Shown one piece after another: positions 43,490 through 54,816 of a stretch of DNA of 64,000 nucleotides. Both the position numbers and the translations under genes were made by a program. The DNA comes from Eledone cirrhosa. Taxonomy: Eukaryota. The notes under the pieces are model-generated. The model made no database searches. It was not told where the DNA came from and saw only the letters and a program-made list of their open reading frames with translations. Numbering within the stretch: position 1 is the stretch's first letter; the number at the start of each line of letters is the position of its first letter. The stretch spans positions 372,001 to 436,000 of the forward strand of contig OZ024762.1 of NCBI GenBank assembly GCA_964016885.1, in the 5' to 3' direction.

Positions 43490-44249
43490 GTAAATTTTTC
43501 TTATATTTATTCATTTATTTATTTATATATATGTCATCATCATCATCATGTATTTATAAAAATGAGAAAACTCATCACTAGATCAGCCATTTATCATTTA
43601 CATTATTCTATATTTAATGTATTTTTGTGGTAAAGTCTTTATCTTAGATAAGTATTTCACATTATATCGAATCTATAATGTCAGTATAAGTGGCTAATTA
43701 TGGCCAGTTTTAACAGAAAGAGGTGAGAAAATTCTGGCCGGATTTGGCCGGTTTAAATGCTAAAGGGTTAAAACAGCTAAATGGACAAAAATACCTCAGA
43801 GACCAGCGGCCAATGGTCAACAGAGAGACAATCATGATGTGGGTGACAGGCAGAAGAAATATATATTTCTTCTGTTTGTCACCCACATTGAGGACTGTTT
43901 CTCTGTTAACCACTGACCATTAGTCTCTGTCCTCTGATGTCTTTAACAGCTCTTCTAGTGATGAGTTTTCTCATTTTATATTCAAATACCCTCTCACTTC
44001 GTCTCGATCAGAGACAACATTGTTTTTTCATTTATTTTTTTATAATGAGAATGGGGATGAGAGAGCTAGATCTTGTGTGGGGGCTGTTGGGTGTGGGTGG
44101 AGTGTTAGGGCATGGGTGGGGTGTGAGTGGTGTATGGAAGGGGAAGTGTGAGGAAAGTAGTACATACTATATGTATGTTTACATATATATTTATATACAC
44201 ACATATACACATACAAGCTAAAACTGTTTGATGTTGCGGTCGGGATTTT

Positions 44250-44348
<99 letters not shown>

Positions 44349-44811
44349 GTGTATACACTACTGTTTGTTTACCTGTGGAGAAAATGAGAGTGAGATGGAG
44401 TATCAGTAAGACTAAGAGAGAGGAAGGGGGAAGAGAGAGGGAGGGAGAGGGAAGAGAGAGAGGGAGAGACAGTCTATTGGTGTTATCTGTTTTTACTTTA
44501 GTTTGGTTTCAACTGTAAAAGATAAAGTTGAAGACATATATCATACCAGCATAACCATCATCATCACATCATTATCACCATCATATCACACCAGCATAAC
44601 CATCATCATCACAACATATCATACCATCACTACTGCCACCACCACACCATTGCCACCACCACCATCATCACCTCCACTACTGTCACTATCACCACCAAAT
44701 CATACCATTTTCCTGACTTCCTGCAGCTGAGGCCCTAAAAATATCATGACCTCTGTCCCTCTCCCCCACCCATCTCAAAGGCCCTTAAATGGGTCCAGGA
44801 CACTATCTCAC

Positions 44812-45128
44812 ATCCGTGGACATTCCTACAAAATCAGAAAACAGCACAGCTCCCTTGACTTTTGGAAACATTTTTCCATGCTCAGAGTTGCTGAAGCATG
44901 GAACAAACTACCTGCATCAGTCGTTAGCTGTCGAGACACTGCATCCTTTAAAACCTCCATGTTTCCTGAAAATCTCCAACACTACACCTATGTGTGTGTG
45001 TGTATATCATGACTCATACACTCTTCACTTTCCTGACATTTGTACATTATTCTATGAACTATACATGCACCTTTGATGAGTTGTAGTGCACCTGAGCACT
45101 GTACACAATAATTTCCATTATTATTATT
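44812..45128 (+). mobile_element. CR1-clade LINE 3' end
   Basis: RGHSYKIRKQHSSLDFWKHFSMLRVAEAWNKLPASVVSCRDTASFK fits the CR1 ORF2 C-terminal RGH...RV...WN.LP..VV.....FK motif; (TTA)n tail. Confidence 0.8.
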
Positions 45129-45188
45129 TTAAATAACAAAACCCTTAAAAAAGAAATATTAAGATTTTCTTAACGTTTGTTGTTGTAG

Positions 45189-45353
45189 GATTCTCGAATT
45201 TCTGCCTTGGAAAAAGACATTCAACTTTTGGAAGACAAACTGTTAACGTTACAGGAAGATATTTCAATTGGAGATAAATCAATAAAACACGGTAATATAT
45301 TGGGGAGCAAGGATGTGAAAAATAGTCCAGATGTTCGCACTTTGAAGACTCAG
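45189..45353 (+). CDS. ERC1: ERC exon C
   Basis: ttgtag|GAT...CAG|gtgaga, 165 nt; DSRISALEKDIQLLEDKL... (cf. DSKISSMERGLRDLEEEI). Confidence 0.92.
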
Positions 45354-46187
45354 GTGAGATCTTTAAATTCTTCTGTTTTTAACCTTTTCAGTGCCGTAGA
45401 CAAGATAACTCGTCCTAACATGTTTGAACTCGTTTCCAACAGTTCATAACCTCAAAGCTAGATGGGGTTACTAGTTTATTAATGTGACGTTTGTCAATCA
45501 TTCAGATATGTGTTGTTAATAAATGTTTGTTTAAAAAAATAGTAATTTTACTGGGAAAAAACCCAGCAGAGCAACTGTAGCTGTGTAAAATATATGCAGC
45601 AGTCAATAGGTTAAATGTCTCTACTGTGGTTGGGAGAGAGGGTGGTGGAGTGATGGTTACGGTTAGGAATGGCATCCAACCATAGAAACTATGCTATACG
45701 TATATATAGAGAATGGGTCGGATCAGGATCAGAAAAGACTGATAATTTTTATAAAAGCCGGTCCATTGCAACAGAAATTTACGAAGGGCAAATGATGAGA
45801 AATGAAACAAAACAAAGTAGTGTCTTACCCAGAATATTTTAACATATTTCATGGTTATTACCCTCTTTTCAGATGTGAAGCTGAAACAGTCCAAGACAAA
45901 ACAAAACAAGTGATCTAAGTTTTCTTCCTTAACTGGTTTATGTGTTTGTAAATCACATGCACGGGTTCGCTACAGTAATCATTCTGCTTCGTGTATTTCT
46001 GACCTATTACTTATCCTTGGTTTTCTGCTGATAAAAATGGCCTCTTTAATCTTTAAATTACCTACATTCCTTTCTGTTGCCTCTAAGGTGACCTCATTGT
46101 CTTGGCTGTGGCATCTGAAAAAAGGGTCTTAGCCTGCTACTGACAATTCTGTGACATGTTCACAAAGAAAAAATAGAGTAAAATAAT

Positions 46188-46366
46188 TGTTTCTACTTTT
46201 GGCACAAGGCCAGCAATTACCCAGTGCATTACTGGTACTTTATTTTATCGACCCCGTAAGGATGAAAGCCAAAGTTAACCTCGGCAGGATTTGAACTCAG
46301 AATGGCAAGGGCCGTAACTCTATGCGTCAAAGCATGGCGACCCTCTACCGATACTGCCAATACACC
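46188..46366 (-). mobile_element. tRNA-derived SINE with 19-bp target site duplication
   Basis: TSD aaaaatagagtaaaataat at 46169-46187 and 46367-46385; A/B boxes on the minus strand. Confidence 0.88.
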
Positions 46367-46412
46367 AAAAATAGAGTAAAATAATGTTTTCGTTTCTTTC
46401 TTATCATGGCAG

Positions 46413-46580
46413 ATTGATCGTTTACACGAGAGAATGGGCTCCAAGGAAACAGAACTTTGTGGACTACGACTGCAACTGGATACGTCTGAGAAACAGTATT
46501 CAGAGCAACAGGAGTACACCTTGGTCCTTAAGGAGCAGATTGTAGCCAGGGATCATCAAATTAGTAACATCACCTCTGAG
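46413..46580 (+). CDS. ERC1: ERC exon D
   Basis: ggcag|ATT...GAG|gtaagt, 168 nt; IDRLHERMGSKETELCGLRLQLDTSEKQYSEQQEYTLVLKEQIVARDHQISNITSE. Confidence 0.92.
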
Positions 46581-46759
46581 GTAAGTTGGGGTCTTTCTTT
46601 TGGGGTTTTGTATTTAGTCAGAGAATAGGTCCCTACATGAACCTTTTTTAAGGTTTCTGTGACTAGGGAGTGAGAAGAATGTATTCCCAAGCCATGCTTG
46701 TATATAATATATATAATCAATATATTAATAAATGGAAACTATATTTATAAAACCATAAT

Positions 46760-46825
46760 TATTTTATTATATATATTTCAAGGGCAACCAAGGCAAATTA
46801 TGGTGCGCTTTCATCAGATAAAATA
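46760..46825 (-). ncRNA. Minimal type I hammerhead motif of the 11.2-kb family, in an ERC intron
   Basis: Minus strand: tattttat-CTGATGA-aagcgcacca...tggttgccctt-GAAA-tatata-TA-ataaaata. Confidence 0.72.
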
Positions 46826-47076
46826 AAAATTTGTTTTATAAATAAATATTGACATACCCGCATAAAGACAACCTTAACGGTTGAGGTTTGCTGGATATTG
46901 GAGATAATATTGAGGGTGATACAAAGTTATGAGTGAGTATGCAAATGAGTGTCAGAAAAATTGAAAAAACAACGGTTTATTTAAATTAAACTATTGGAAG
47001 AAAGGATATGTAAAAGGGAGAGATCAGTTATAAAAGGTTTAAGCTTGTTGAATCCCAACAAATTAAATATAACCTC

Positions 47077-47107
<31 letters not shown>

Positions 47108-47271
47108 CAATCTCTCCTCCCCTCTCTCTCTCCAATATAATGTCTCTCTTTCCCTCTCCCTCTCTCTATATATATATCAATCTCTCTCCTCACTCCCTAC
47201 CTCCCTCTCACTCTCTACCTCCCTCTCACTCTCCCTACCTCCCTCTCACTCTCCCTGTCTCTCTATTCTAG

Positions 47272-47439
47272 ATTGATGAACTCCGCAGTCGAATGAAAGA
47301 CAAAGATGTCACCATTGACAAGAAGAGTAAACAGGTTCACTCAACTCAGAGGGAGAAGAAGAAGTTTGAGTGTGAACTCATGGATTTAAAGGACAGCTAC
47401 GACATTAAAGAACGGAAAATTAACGTCTTGCAGCGCAAG
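47272..47439 (+). CDS. ERC1: ERC exon E
   Basis: ttctag|ATT...AAG|gtgact, 168 nt; ends DLKDSYDIKERKINVLQRK (cf. DLKDMLDVKERKVNVLQKK). Confidence 0.94.
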
Positions 47440-47516
47440 GTGACTTACACTGACATCATACATACATACATACATACATATATATATATACATATATACA
47501 CATGTATATACATACA

Positions 47517-47550
<34 letters not shown>

Positions 47551-47567
47551 CATATACATATATATAC

Positions 47568-48205
47568 AAATGTAAAACAAAGATCGAGGATGTAAGCCAC
47601 ATTGTTGCCAGCTGCGAAAGAATGTCATCTCGCTACTACCTCCCCATGAGACACGATGGGATAGCTAGAACCATCTGGAACGCACTTCGGAAAACAAAAT
47701 TAACAACAAACGAGGAAGAGTATATTGAGACAGATGGCACTAAGGAATACTGGTGGAACCTGAAGATAAAAACTGCCACCAAATTAAAGCACAACCGGCC
47801 TGATATTGTAGTTTGGGACCACCCATTGAAAACGTGTTCTGTTGTGGAGATCAGCTGCCCACTTGATGTAAACGTTGTCAGAAAAATACAGGAGAAGGAG
47901 GACATCTACTGACCATTGATGAGGAGTTACAAATCCAGTATACACCTTTAGCTTCATACCCATCATTATTGGAGCTACGGGTTATATACCAACCCGCTTG
48001 GACCAAAGTATGACTGAACTTGGATTTGCGGACAAAAAGCGCAGCGCCCTAATTCATAGTCTACAAATGGCTGCGATAGCTGGCACCTTCAAAATTTGCA
48101 AAACATTCTTGCGATTCAAGGGATGACAATTTCTTTTCTTTTACAACCTTGTCACCAGGAAGGTAGCCGATCAAAAATATACTCGAAATTAAGAGAAAGA
48201 GATAA
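47568..48205 (+). mobile_element. 5'-truncated R4/Dong-type non-LTR retrotransposon (zinc knuckle plus restriction-like endonuclease), decayed
   Basis: CKTKIEDVSHIVASC...RHDGIA...HNRPDIVVWD...CSVVEISCPLDVNVVRKIQEKEDIY* then frameshift to FSFIPIIIGATGYIP...AGTFKICKTFLRFKG*; embedded in CATA/TA microsatellite. Confidence 0.88.
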
Positions 48206-48581
48206 TATACACACATATATATATACATACATAGATACATACATACATATATATACACAGGCACACACATACATATACACACATATACATACATACAGAC
48301 AGGCACTCACACACACACATACACAGGCAAAGACATTACACTCTCTCTATCTAAATATTATCAAAATATGATTTCATAAATATCATTATCTAGATATTAT
48401 CTAAATATTATTATCGATATATCTAATATCATTATTTAAATACCCTTATCTAGATATCTAAATATCATTATCTATTATCTAAATATAATTATCTATTACC
48501 TAAATATCATTATCTATATATCTAAATATAATTATCTATTATCTAAATATAATTACCTAGAAACAATGTCAATATTTTCAG

Positions 48582-48730
48582 ATTGAAAGCCTTGAAGATG
48601 AGCTCCATTCTAAGGAAGTTCAACTAAAATCTAGTCAAACTCGTTTAGCGTCGGTTGTTCCTGATTCTGAGGACAAAGCTTTAACTTCTTTAGAAGAATC
48701 ACTAACAGAGAAAGATCGGATTATTACCAG
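48582..48730 (+). CDS. ERC1: ERC exon F
   Basis: ttttcag|ATT...AG|gtaagg, 149 nt, ends phase 2; IESLEDEL...ALTSLEESLTEKDRIITR (cf. ALTTLEEALAEKERTIER). Confidence 0.93.
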
Positions 48731-49196
48731 GTAAGGTATAGCCAGAGTTACCTGCCCTTGTCGGTGTTGATGATGATGATGATGATGATGGTGGTGGTGA
48801 TGTGGATGATAGTGGAGATGATGATATTGGTGGTGTTGGTGATGATTGTGGTGGTGGTGGTGGTGGTGGTGATGATGATGATGGTTGTGGTGGTGATAAT
48901 GATAATGATGTTGATAAGAATGATTGTAGTTATAATATTGGTGATGGTGATGGCGGTGGTGGTGATGGTGGTGGTGATGATGGTTGTGGTGATGTGGATG
49001 ATAGTGGAGATGATGATATTGGTGGTGTTGGTGATGATTGTGGTGGTGGTGATGATGATGATGATGGTGGTGGTGATAATGATAATGATGTTGATAAGAA
49101 TAATTGTAGTTATAATATTGGTGATGGTGATGGCGGTGGTGGTGGTGGTGGTGGTGGTGGTGATGATGATGATGATGATGTGTAATTGTATTTCAG

Positions 49197-49320
49197 GTTA
49201 CGAGATCAGCGAGAACGCGTAGAAGACGAACTTACAGATGAAAATAACATTCTCAGGGAACAAAACGAGGATTACAAGGGCCAGATTGATCAGCTGAACA
49301 CTGAGGTTAACGATAAACAG
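49197..49320 (+). CDS. ERC1: ERC exon G (first of 16 possible in-frame donors)
   Basis: tttcag|G TTA CGA...CAG|gtgaga, 124 nt, phase 2 to 0; LRDQRERVEDELTDENNILREQNEDYKGQIDQLNTEVNDKQ. Confidence 0.9.
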
Positions 49321-50022
49321 GTGAGACTAATTAATTACCTGAACACTGAGGTTAACGATAAACAGGTGAGACTAATTAATTACCTGAACACTGAGGTTAA
49401 CGATAAACAGGTGAGATTAATTAATTACCTGAGCACTGAGGTTAACGATAAACAGGTGAGATTAATTAATTACCTGAGCACTGAGGTTAACGATAAACAG
49501 GTGAGATTAATTAATTACCTGAACACTGAGGTTAACGATAAACAGGTGAGACTAATCAATTACCTGAACACTGAGGTTAACGATAAACAGGTGAGACTAA
49601 TTAATTACCTGAACACTGAGGTTAACGATAAACAGGTGAGGCTAATTAATTACCTGAACACTGAGGTTAACGATAAACAGGTGAGACTAATCAATTACCT
49701 GAACACTGAGGTTAACGATAAACAGGTGAGGCTAATTAATTACCTGAACACTGAGGTTAACGATAAACAGGTGAGGCTAATTAATTACCTGAACACTGAG
49801 GTTAACGATAAACAGGTGAGACTAATTAATTACCTGAACACTGAGGTTAACGATAAACAGGTGAGGCTAATTAATTACCTGAACACTGAGGCTAACGATA
49901 AACAGGTGAGACTAATCAATTACCTGAACACTGAGGCTAACGATAAACAGGTGAGACTAATCAATTACCTGAACACTGAGGTTAATGATAAACAGGTGAG
50001 GCTAATTAATTACCTGAACACT
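49294..50022 (+). repeat. 45-bp minisatellite (16 copies) spanning the exon G splice donor
   Basis: Unit ctgaacactgaggttaacgataaacag|gtgag(a/g)(c/t)taattaattac = 27 exonic + 18 intronic nt. Confidence 0.97.
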
Positions 50023-50050
50023 ATGTTTAGATGTTATTTTAATTACTAAA

Positions 50051-50228
50051 GGGTAGTGATTGGCAGTATAGGTAGAGCTTTGCAGCATAAAGTTATGGCC
50101 CTTTACATTCTAAGTTCAAATCCCACCGAGGTTAACTTTGCCTTTCATCCTTACGAGGTCAATAAAATGAAGTACCAGTAATGTACTGAGGTAATTGCTG
50201 GCCTTGTACCAAAAGTAGAAACAATTAT
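50051..50228 (+). mobile_element. tRNA-derived SINE (same subfamily as 46188-46366 and about 31530-31675)
   Basis: tggcagtataggtagag...aagttcaaatccc...gcctttcatccttacgaggtcaataaaatgaagtaccag...gtagaaacaattatt. Confidence 0.85.
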
Positions 50229-50270
50229 TTTAATTTCTGTGTCATCTATATTACCATCATATGTTGGTCT

Positions 50271-51130
50271 GGTGTTGATATAGTACTGAACTGACCCTTT
50301 AGTCTCCCCCCCAGTGTTGATATAGTACTGAACTGACCCTTTAGTCTCCCCCCCAGTGTTGATATAGTACTGAACTGACCCTTTAGTCTCCCCCCAGTGT
50401 TGATATAGTACTGAACTGACCCATTAGTCTCCCCCCAGTGTTGATATAGTACTGAACTGACCCTTTAGTCTCCCCCCCCCCCCCCAGTGTTGATATAGTA
50501 CTGAACTGACCCTTTAGTCTCCCCCCCAGTGTTGATATAGTACTGAACTGACCCTTTAGTCTCCCCTCAGTGTTATAGTACTGAACTGACCCTTTAGTCT
50601 CCCCTCAGTGTTATAGTACTGAACTGACCCTTTAGTCTCCCCTCAGTGTTGATATAGTACTGAACTGACCCTTTAGTCCCCCCTCAGTGTTGATATAGTA
50701 CTGAACTGACCCTTTAGTCTCCCCCCCAGTGTTGATATAGTACTGAACTGACCCTTTAGTCTCCCCCCCAGTGTTGATATAGTACTGAACTGACCCTTTA
50801 GTCTCCCCTCAGTGTTATAGTACTGAACTGACCCTTTAGTCTCCCCTCAGTGTTGATATAGTACTGAACTGACCCTTTAGTCCCCCCTCAGTGTTGATAT
50901 AGTACTGAACTGACCCATTAGTCTCCCCCCCAGTGTTGATATAGTACTGAACTGACCCTTTAGTCTCCCCTCAGTGTTATAGTACTGAACTGACCCTTTA
51001 GTCTCCCCTCAGTGTTGATATAGTACTGAACTGACCCTTTAGTCCCCCCTCAGTGTTGATATAGTACTGAACTGACCCATTAGTCTCCCCCCCAGTGTTG
51101 ATATAGTACTGAACTGACCCTTTAGTCCCC
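50271..51130. repeat. ~42-bp minisatellite, about 20 copies
   Basis: Unit cagtgttgatatagtactgaactgaccctttagtctcccc(c)n. Confidence 0.95.
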
Positions 51131-51818
51131 CCCCCCCCCCCCCTCACCTATGTATGTTGTCATGTTTCTACAGGGACATTCTCTACATGCTGTAGACTAC
51201 ATTTCTAGTTTTACAATTTATTTGGGGATTTATTCTACATATTAGACATTTCTTATTACCGCTGTACAGATGAGACAGTGGGGGTGGGGGTGATAGTGGT
51301 GGGGGGTGGCTGTGGTAGAGGTGATGTTATTGTTATGAAGTGTTTGTGAAGAGTCTCCATTTGTAAGCTGACTGATTGATTCATTCATTGATACATTGAT
51401 TATATGTGGGGTGGGGGGGTGACACTGTTGAATCCTCTCTCTCTCTCTCTCTCATTACATACACAAATACACACAGGGCACTCTCTCTCCCCTTTCTCTC
51501 TCCTCTCTCTTTCTCTCTCTCTCCTCTCTCTCTCTCTCTGTCAACCACCTCCACTATCCCCTCCTACTCACCCCTACCACTCTCCTCCTCTGATATAGAT
51601 TTCATTCAATGACAATTCCCATATTGTTTCAATAACAACAACAACTACAATAACAATAACAACAGCTACAACAACAAAAATAACAACAGCTACAACAACA
51701 CTCTACAATCCTTTGAACATCAGACAACATATCCTGTACTATTTACTTTCTGTTCTTCATCTCTGTCTGTCTGTCTGTCTGTCTGTCTATATATTTGTCT
51801 ACCTACAAACCTATTTAC

Positions 51819-51862
<44 letters not shown>

Positions 51863-52125
51863 GTATATATATATATACCTGTATATATATATATATATAT
51901 AACTCTCTATATAATAATTGTTTCTACTTTTGGCACAAGGCCAGCAATTACCCTATATAATATCTATCTGTATGTATGTATATATATATATATATTTATT
52001 TACCTGTCTTTATATATCTACCTATATATAATATATATATATACCTGTCTATTTATATATATATATATATTTACATATATAGTGACGAAACATTGTCAAT
52101 TGCATGAACTCATAATGCTTTATTT

Positions 52126-52181
52126 ACTGCTATATATATTTCGATGATAGCCATTGAATGGCTATGACCTCATCAGGCAGT
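52126..52181 (-). ncRNA. Minimal type I hammerhead motif, second copy of the same element (52080-52246), in an ERC intron
   Basis: Minus strand: actgc-CTGATGA-ggtcatagccat(tca)atggctatcatc-GAAA-tatata-TA-gcagt. Confidence 0.8.
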
Positions 52182-52242
52182 TAGTCAGTTCTTAGATATG
52201 CCATCTCTGTGTGTATAGTGTTGATGGTATCAGAGCCTTGGG

Positions 52243-52273
<31 letters not shown>

Positions 52274-52356
52274 TGTATATATATATATGTCTCTCTATAT
52301 AATATCTACCTGTCTATATATATATAAAACTCTATATAATATCTACCTGTTGACAG

Positions 52357-52503
52357 AGCCAGATGTGTGAGTTGAGAGAAGAAGCTTCTGAACTTCGGTC
52401 ACAGAAAATGATGTCAGAGTCTATGATAAACCAACTAAAGATGGAAATATCGGACACTACCAAGGATCGGGAGATTGAGAAACTTACTAAAGAATTGGAA
52501 AAG
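52357..52503 (+). CDS. ERC1: ERC exon H
   Basis: tgacag|AGC...AAG|gtaatt, 147 nt; SQMCELREEASELRSQKMMSESMINQLKMEI... An alternative in-frame CAG acceptor lies 6 nt downstream. Confidence 0.88.
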
Positions 52504-53271
52504 GTAATTATTGGCTGGGAGGGTTGTGGGGGGACAGGAGGAGGTTTGTGTGTGGGGGACAGGAGCTGTGTGTATCATTAAAGTTAATGGTCCTTGATAA
52601 AATATGTTAGAACATTTTGATGTAAATAGGGACCCTTTAAAATGGGAGATTGTGTTTCAGAGAACTAGAGCTGGTTTTGACTGGCTTGGTTCCAAAAGGG
52701 GTAAATAAGAACCCTTTAAAATGGGTGGTTTTGTTTCATTGAACCAGAGCTGGTTATGGCCAGGTTGGTATCAAAAGGATCCAATCAAACAGTTTCATTT
52801 ATTGAATAACTGGAACACGTAGAGTTGAAAGGAACAGACCTCCATTCCATTCTATTTTATTTCAATAAATGGTCATGTAGGTGTCACAACAAAAACACCC
52901 AGTCCACACTGTAAAGTGGTCATGTAGATGTCACGACAAAAAGCACCTAGTCCACTCTGTAAAGTGGTCATGTAGGTATTACAACAAAAAGCACCTAGTC
53001 CACACTGTAAAGTGGTTGTGTAGGTGTCATGACAAAAGCACCCAGTCCACACTGTAAATGAGGTTGGTATTTGGAAGGACAACCAGCTGTAGAAACCAAG
53101 CCCAAATCAGTTCTGTATGAGCAAGACATGGTCACCCGACCTAACACTGCCCACAACAGGACAACTAGTCTAACTCATGCTAGCGTGGAAAAATATACGT
53201 AAAACGGTGATGATATATATATAATGATGTTGGATGAGTATCTTAATAATGGTTGTTGTTGTTGTTGTAAG

Positions 53272-53441
53272 GTGAAAGAAGAACTGAGTGAGATGAAGAG
53301 TTCCTCCAGATTTGCGAATGGTAAGATCGGTGAAGACAACCTGGACGACACTCAGCTGAAAGTCCAAGAATTAGAGGCAGCAATAGAAGAAGCTAACAAG
53401 GAGAAGGAACAGAGGGATGTACAAATGAAAGAACAACAAGA
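53272..53441 (+). CDS. ERC1: ERC exon I
   Basis: (gtt)n gtaag|GTG...GA|gtgagt, 170 nt, phase 0 to 2; VKEELSEMKSSSRFANG...KVQELEAAIEEANKEKEQRDVQMKEQQ. The AAG acceptor is weak, so the 5' boundary is less sure. Confidence 0.8.
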
Positions 53442-53696
53442 GTGAGTTTTATTAGGGTCTTTTTCTTGTCTTTGGTTGTTACTGGGTCCTTAACCCCCTT
53501 GATTGAGTCGTGGGGGGTTGCCATGGGGGTATACTTGGGTATTAAAGCCTGGTCAGGGGCCCGTCTCTGTCTCCATGGAGTCTTGGGGGCCTCATTTTAA
53601 ACATTTAAACCTGGTTTATGAACATTTTGGGTGACGAACAGCCTTTAGAAATGAACTGTGAACCGAGGTTCCACTGTATGTGACTATTGTAGCTTG

Positions 53697-53900
53697 TATT
53701 TCTAGTATTAAAACTTAACCAGTCTCTTTGTAAGGTTTACCTCGGTAAAAGTTAGTATATTCCTAGTGTTAAAACTTAACCAGTCTCTTTGTAAGGTTTA
53801 CCACGGTAAAAGTTAGTATATTCCTAGTGTTAAAACTTAACCAGCCTCTTTGTAAGGTTTACCGTGGTAAAGGTTAGTATATTTCTAGTGTTAAAACTTT
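53697..53900. repeat. ~61-bp tandem repeat, about 3 copies
   Basis: tattcctagtgttaaaacttaaccagtctctttgtaaggtttacc.cggtaaaagttagta. Confidence 0.88.
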
Positions 53901-53960
53901 GTGAATTTCTTTGTAAAATTAATCAATTTATTTCTTCAATATTGTCCGTGTGTCTGGCAG

Positions 53961-54096
53961 CCAAATTAAGGAATATCGACAGAAGATGGGAACACTGAAA
54001 AGGAACCAACAGACTGAAAAGAAGAAGAATGCTCAGATGTTAGAAGAAGCTAGAAAACGTGAAGTATTGATGGATGGAGATGCTTCACATCTGAAG
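53961..54096 (+). CDS. ERC1: ERC exon J
   Basis: ctggcag|C CAA...AAG|gtatta, 136 nt; LKRNQQTEKKKNAQMLEEARKRE (cf. EQVEKKKSAQMLEEARRRE). Confidence 0.94.
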
Positions 54097-54684
54097 GTAT
54101 TACATCTATTTAAAACTTTATATATCTTTCAAACCTTATATTTTTCTATCTATAAGTTAACACAGTTTTACTCCCATCTGAAGGTATTATACTTATTTAA
54201 AACCTTATATATCTTTCAAACATTACTGTATGTTCCCTTATATACGATACACTACTTCCATCTCAATGGCAGTAACTTTGAAGACCTTTGTCCATAAGTG
54301 GGTGACACTGAGGGTCGAAGATCCTGTACCGTATAGTATAATGGTTTCGATTGTAACTTTGACCCTTTAGCATTTAAACTGGCCAGAATTCTCTCACCTT
54401 TTTCTGTTTAGACCAGCAGTAACCGGCCACTCATACTGATGTTAAGGTATTGTTCTCAACATAAATAATATCAAAATATCATAGAGTCGATATTATGTGT
54501 GATATTATGTGAGGTAAAGCCTTTACCTATAAAATACAACAGTATATATAGAGTAATGTAAATGGTTGAAGAATTTGCTCTTCGTAAATCTTGTGATGGG
54601 AACTTTCCAGACTTTTTGTATAGAATGTATTGCCCTCCGTGCTGGGCCAATTCTGTTGAACGCCAAACATCTCTTCTTCTTCAG

Positions 54685-54816
54685 AATGCCATCAAACATA
54701 TGGATGACCGAGTTGAAGAATTACAAGAAGCTCTTCGAGAGAGTGTAACAATTACAGCAGAACGAGAAATGGTTATGGCGGAACAAGTAAACAAGATTGA
54801 ACAAACTGAGGCTAAA
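54685..54816 (+). CDS. ERC1: ERC exon K
   Basis: cttcttcag|AAT...AAA|gtgagt, 132 nt; DDRVEELQEALRESVTITAEREMVMAEQ (cf. DDRIEELEEALRESVQITAEREMVLAQE). Confidence 0.95.

Noticed and set aside
49186-50049. 287-aa standalone repeat protein
   Set aside because: It is ERC exon G plus the donor array; the apparent start lies in the intron.
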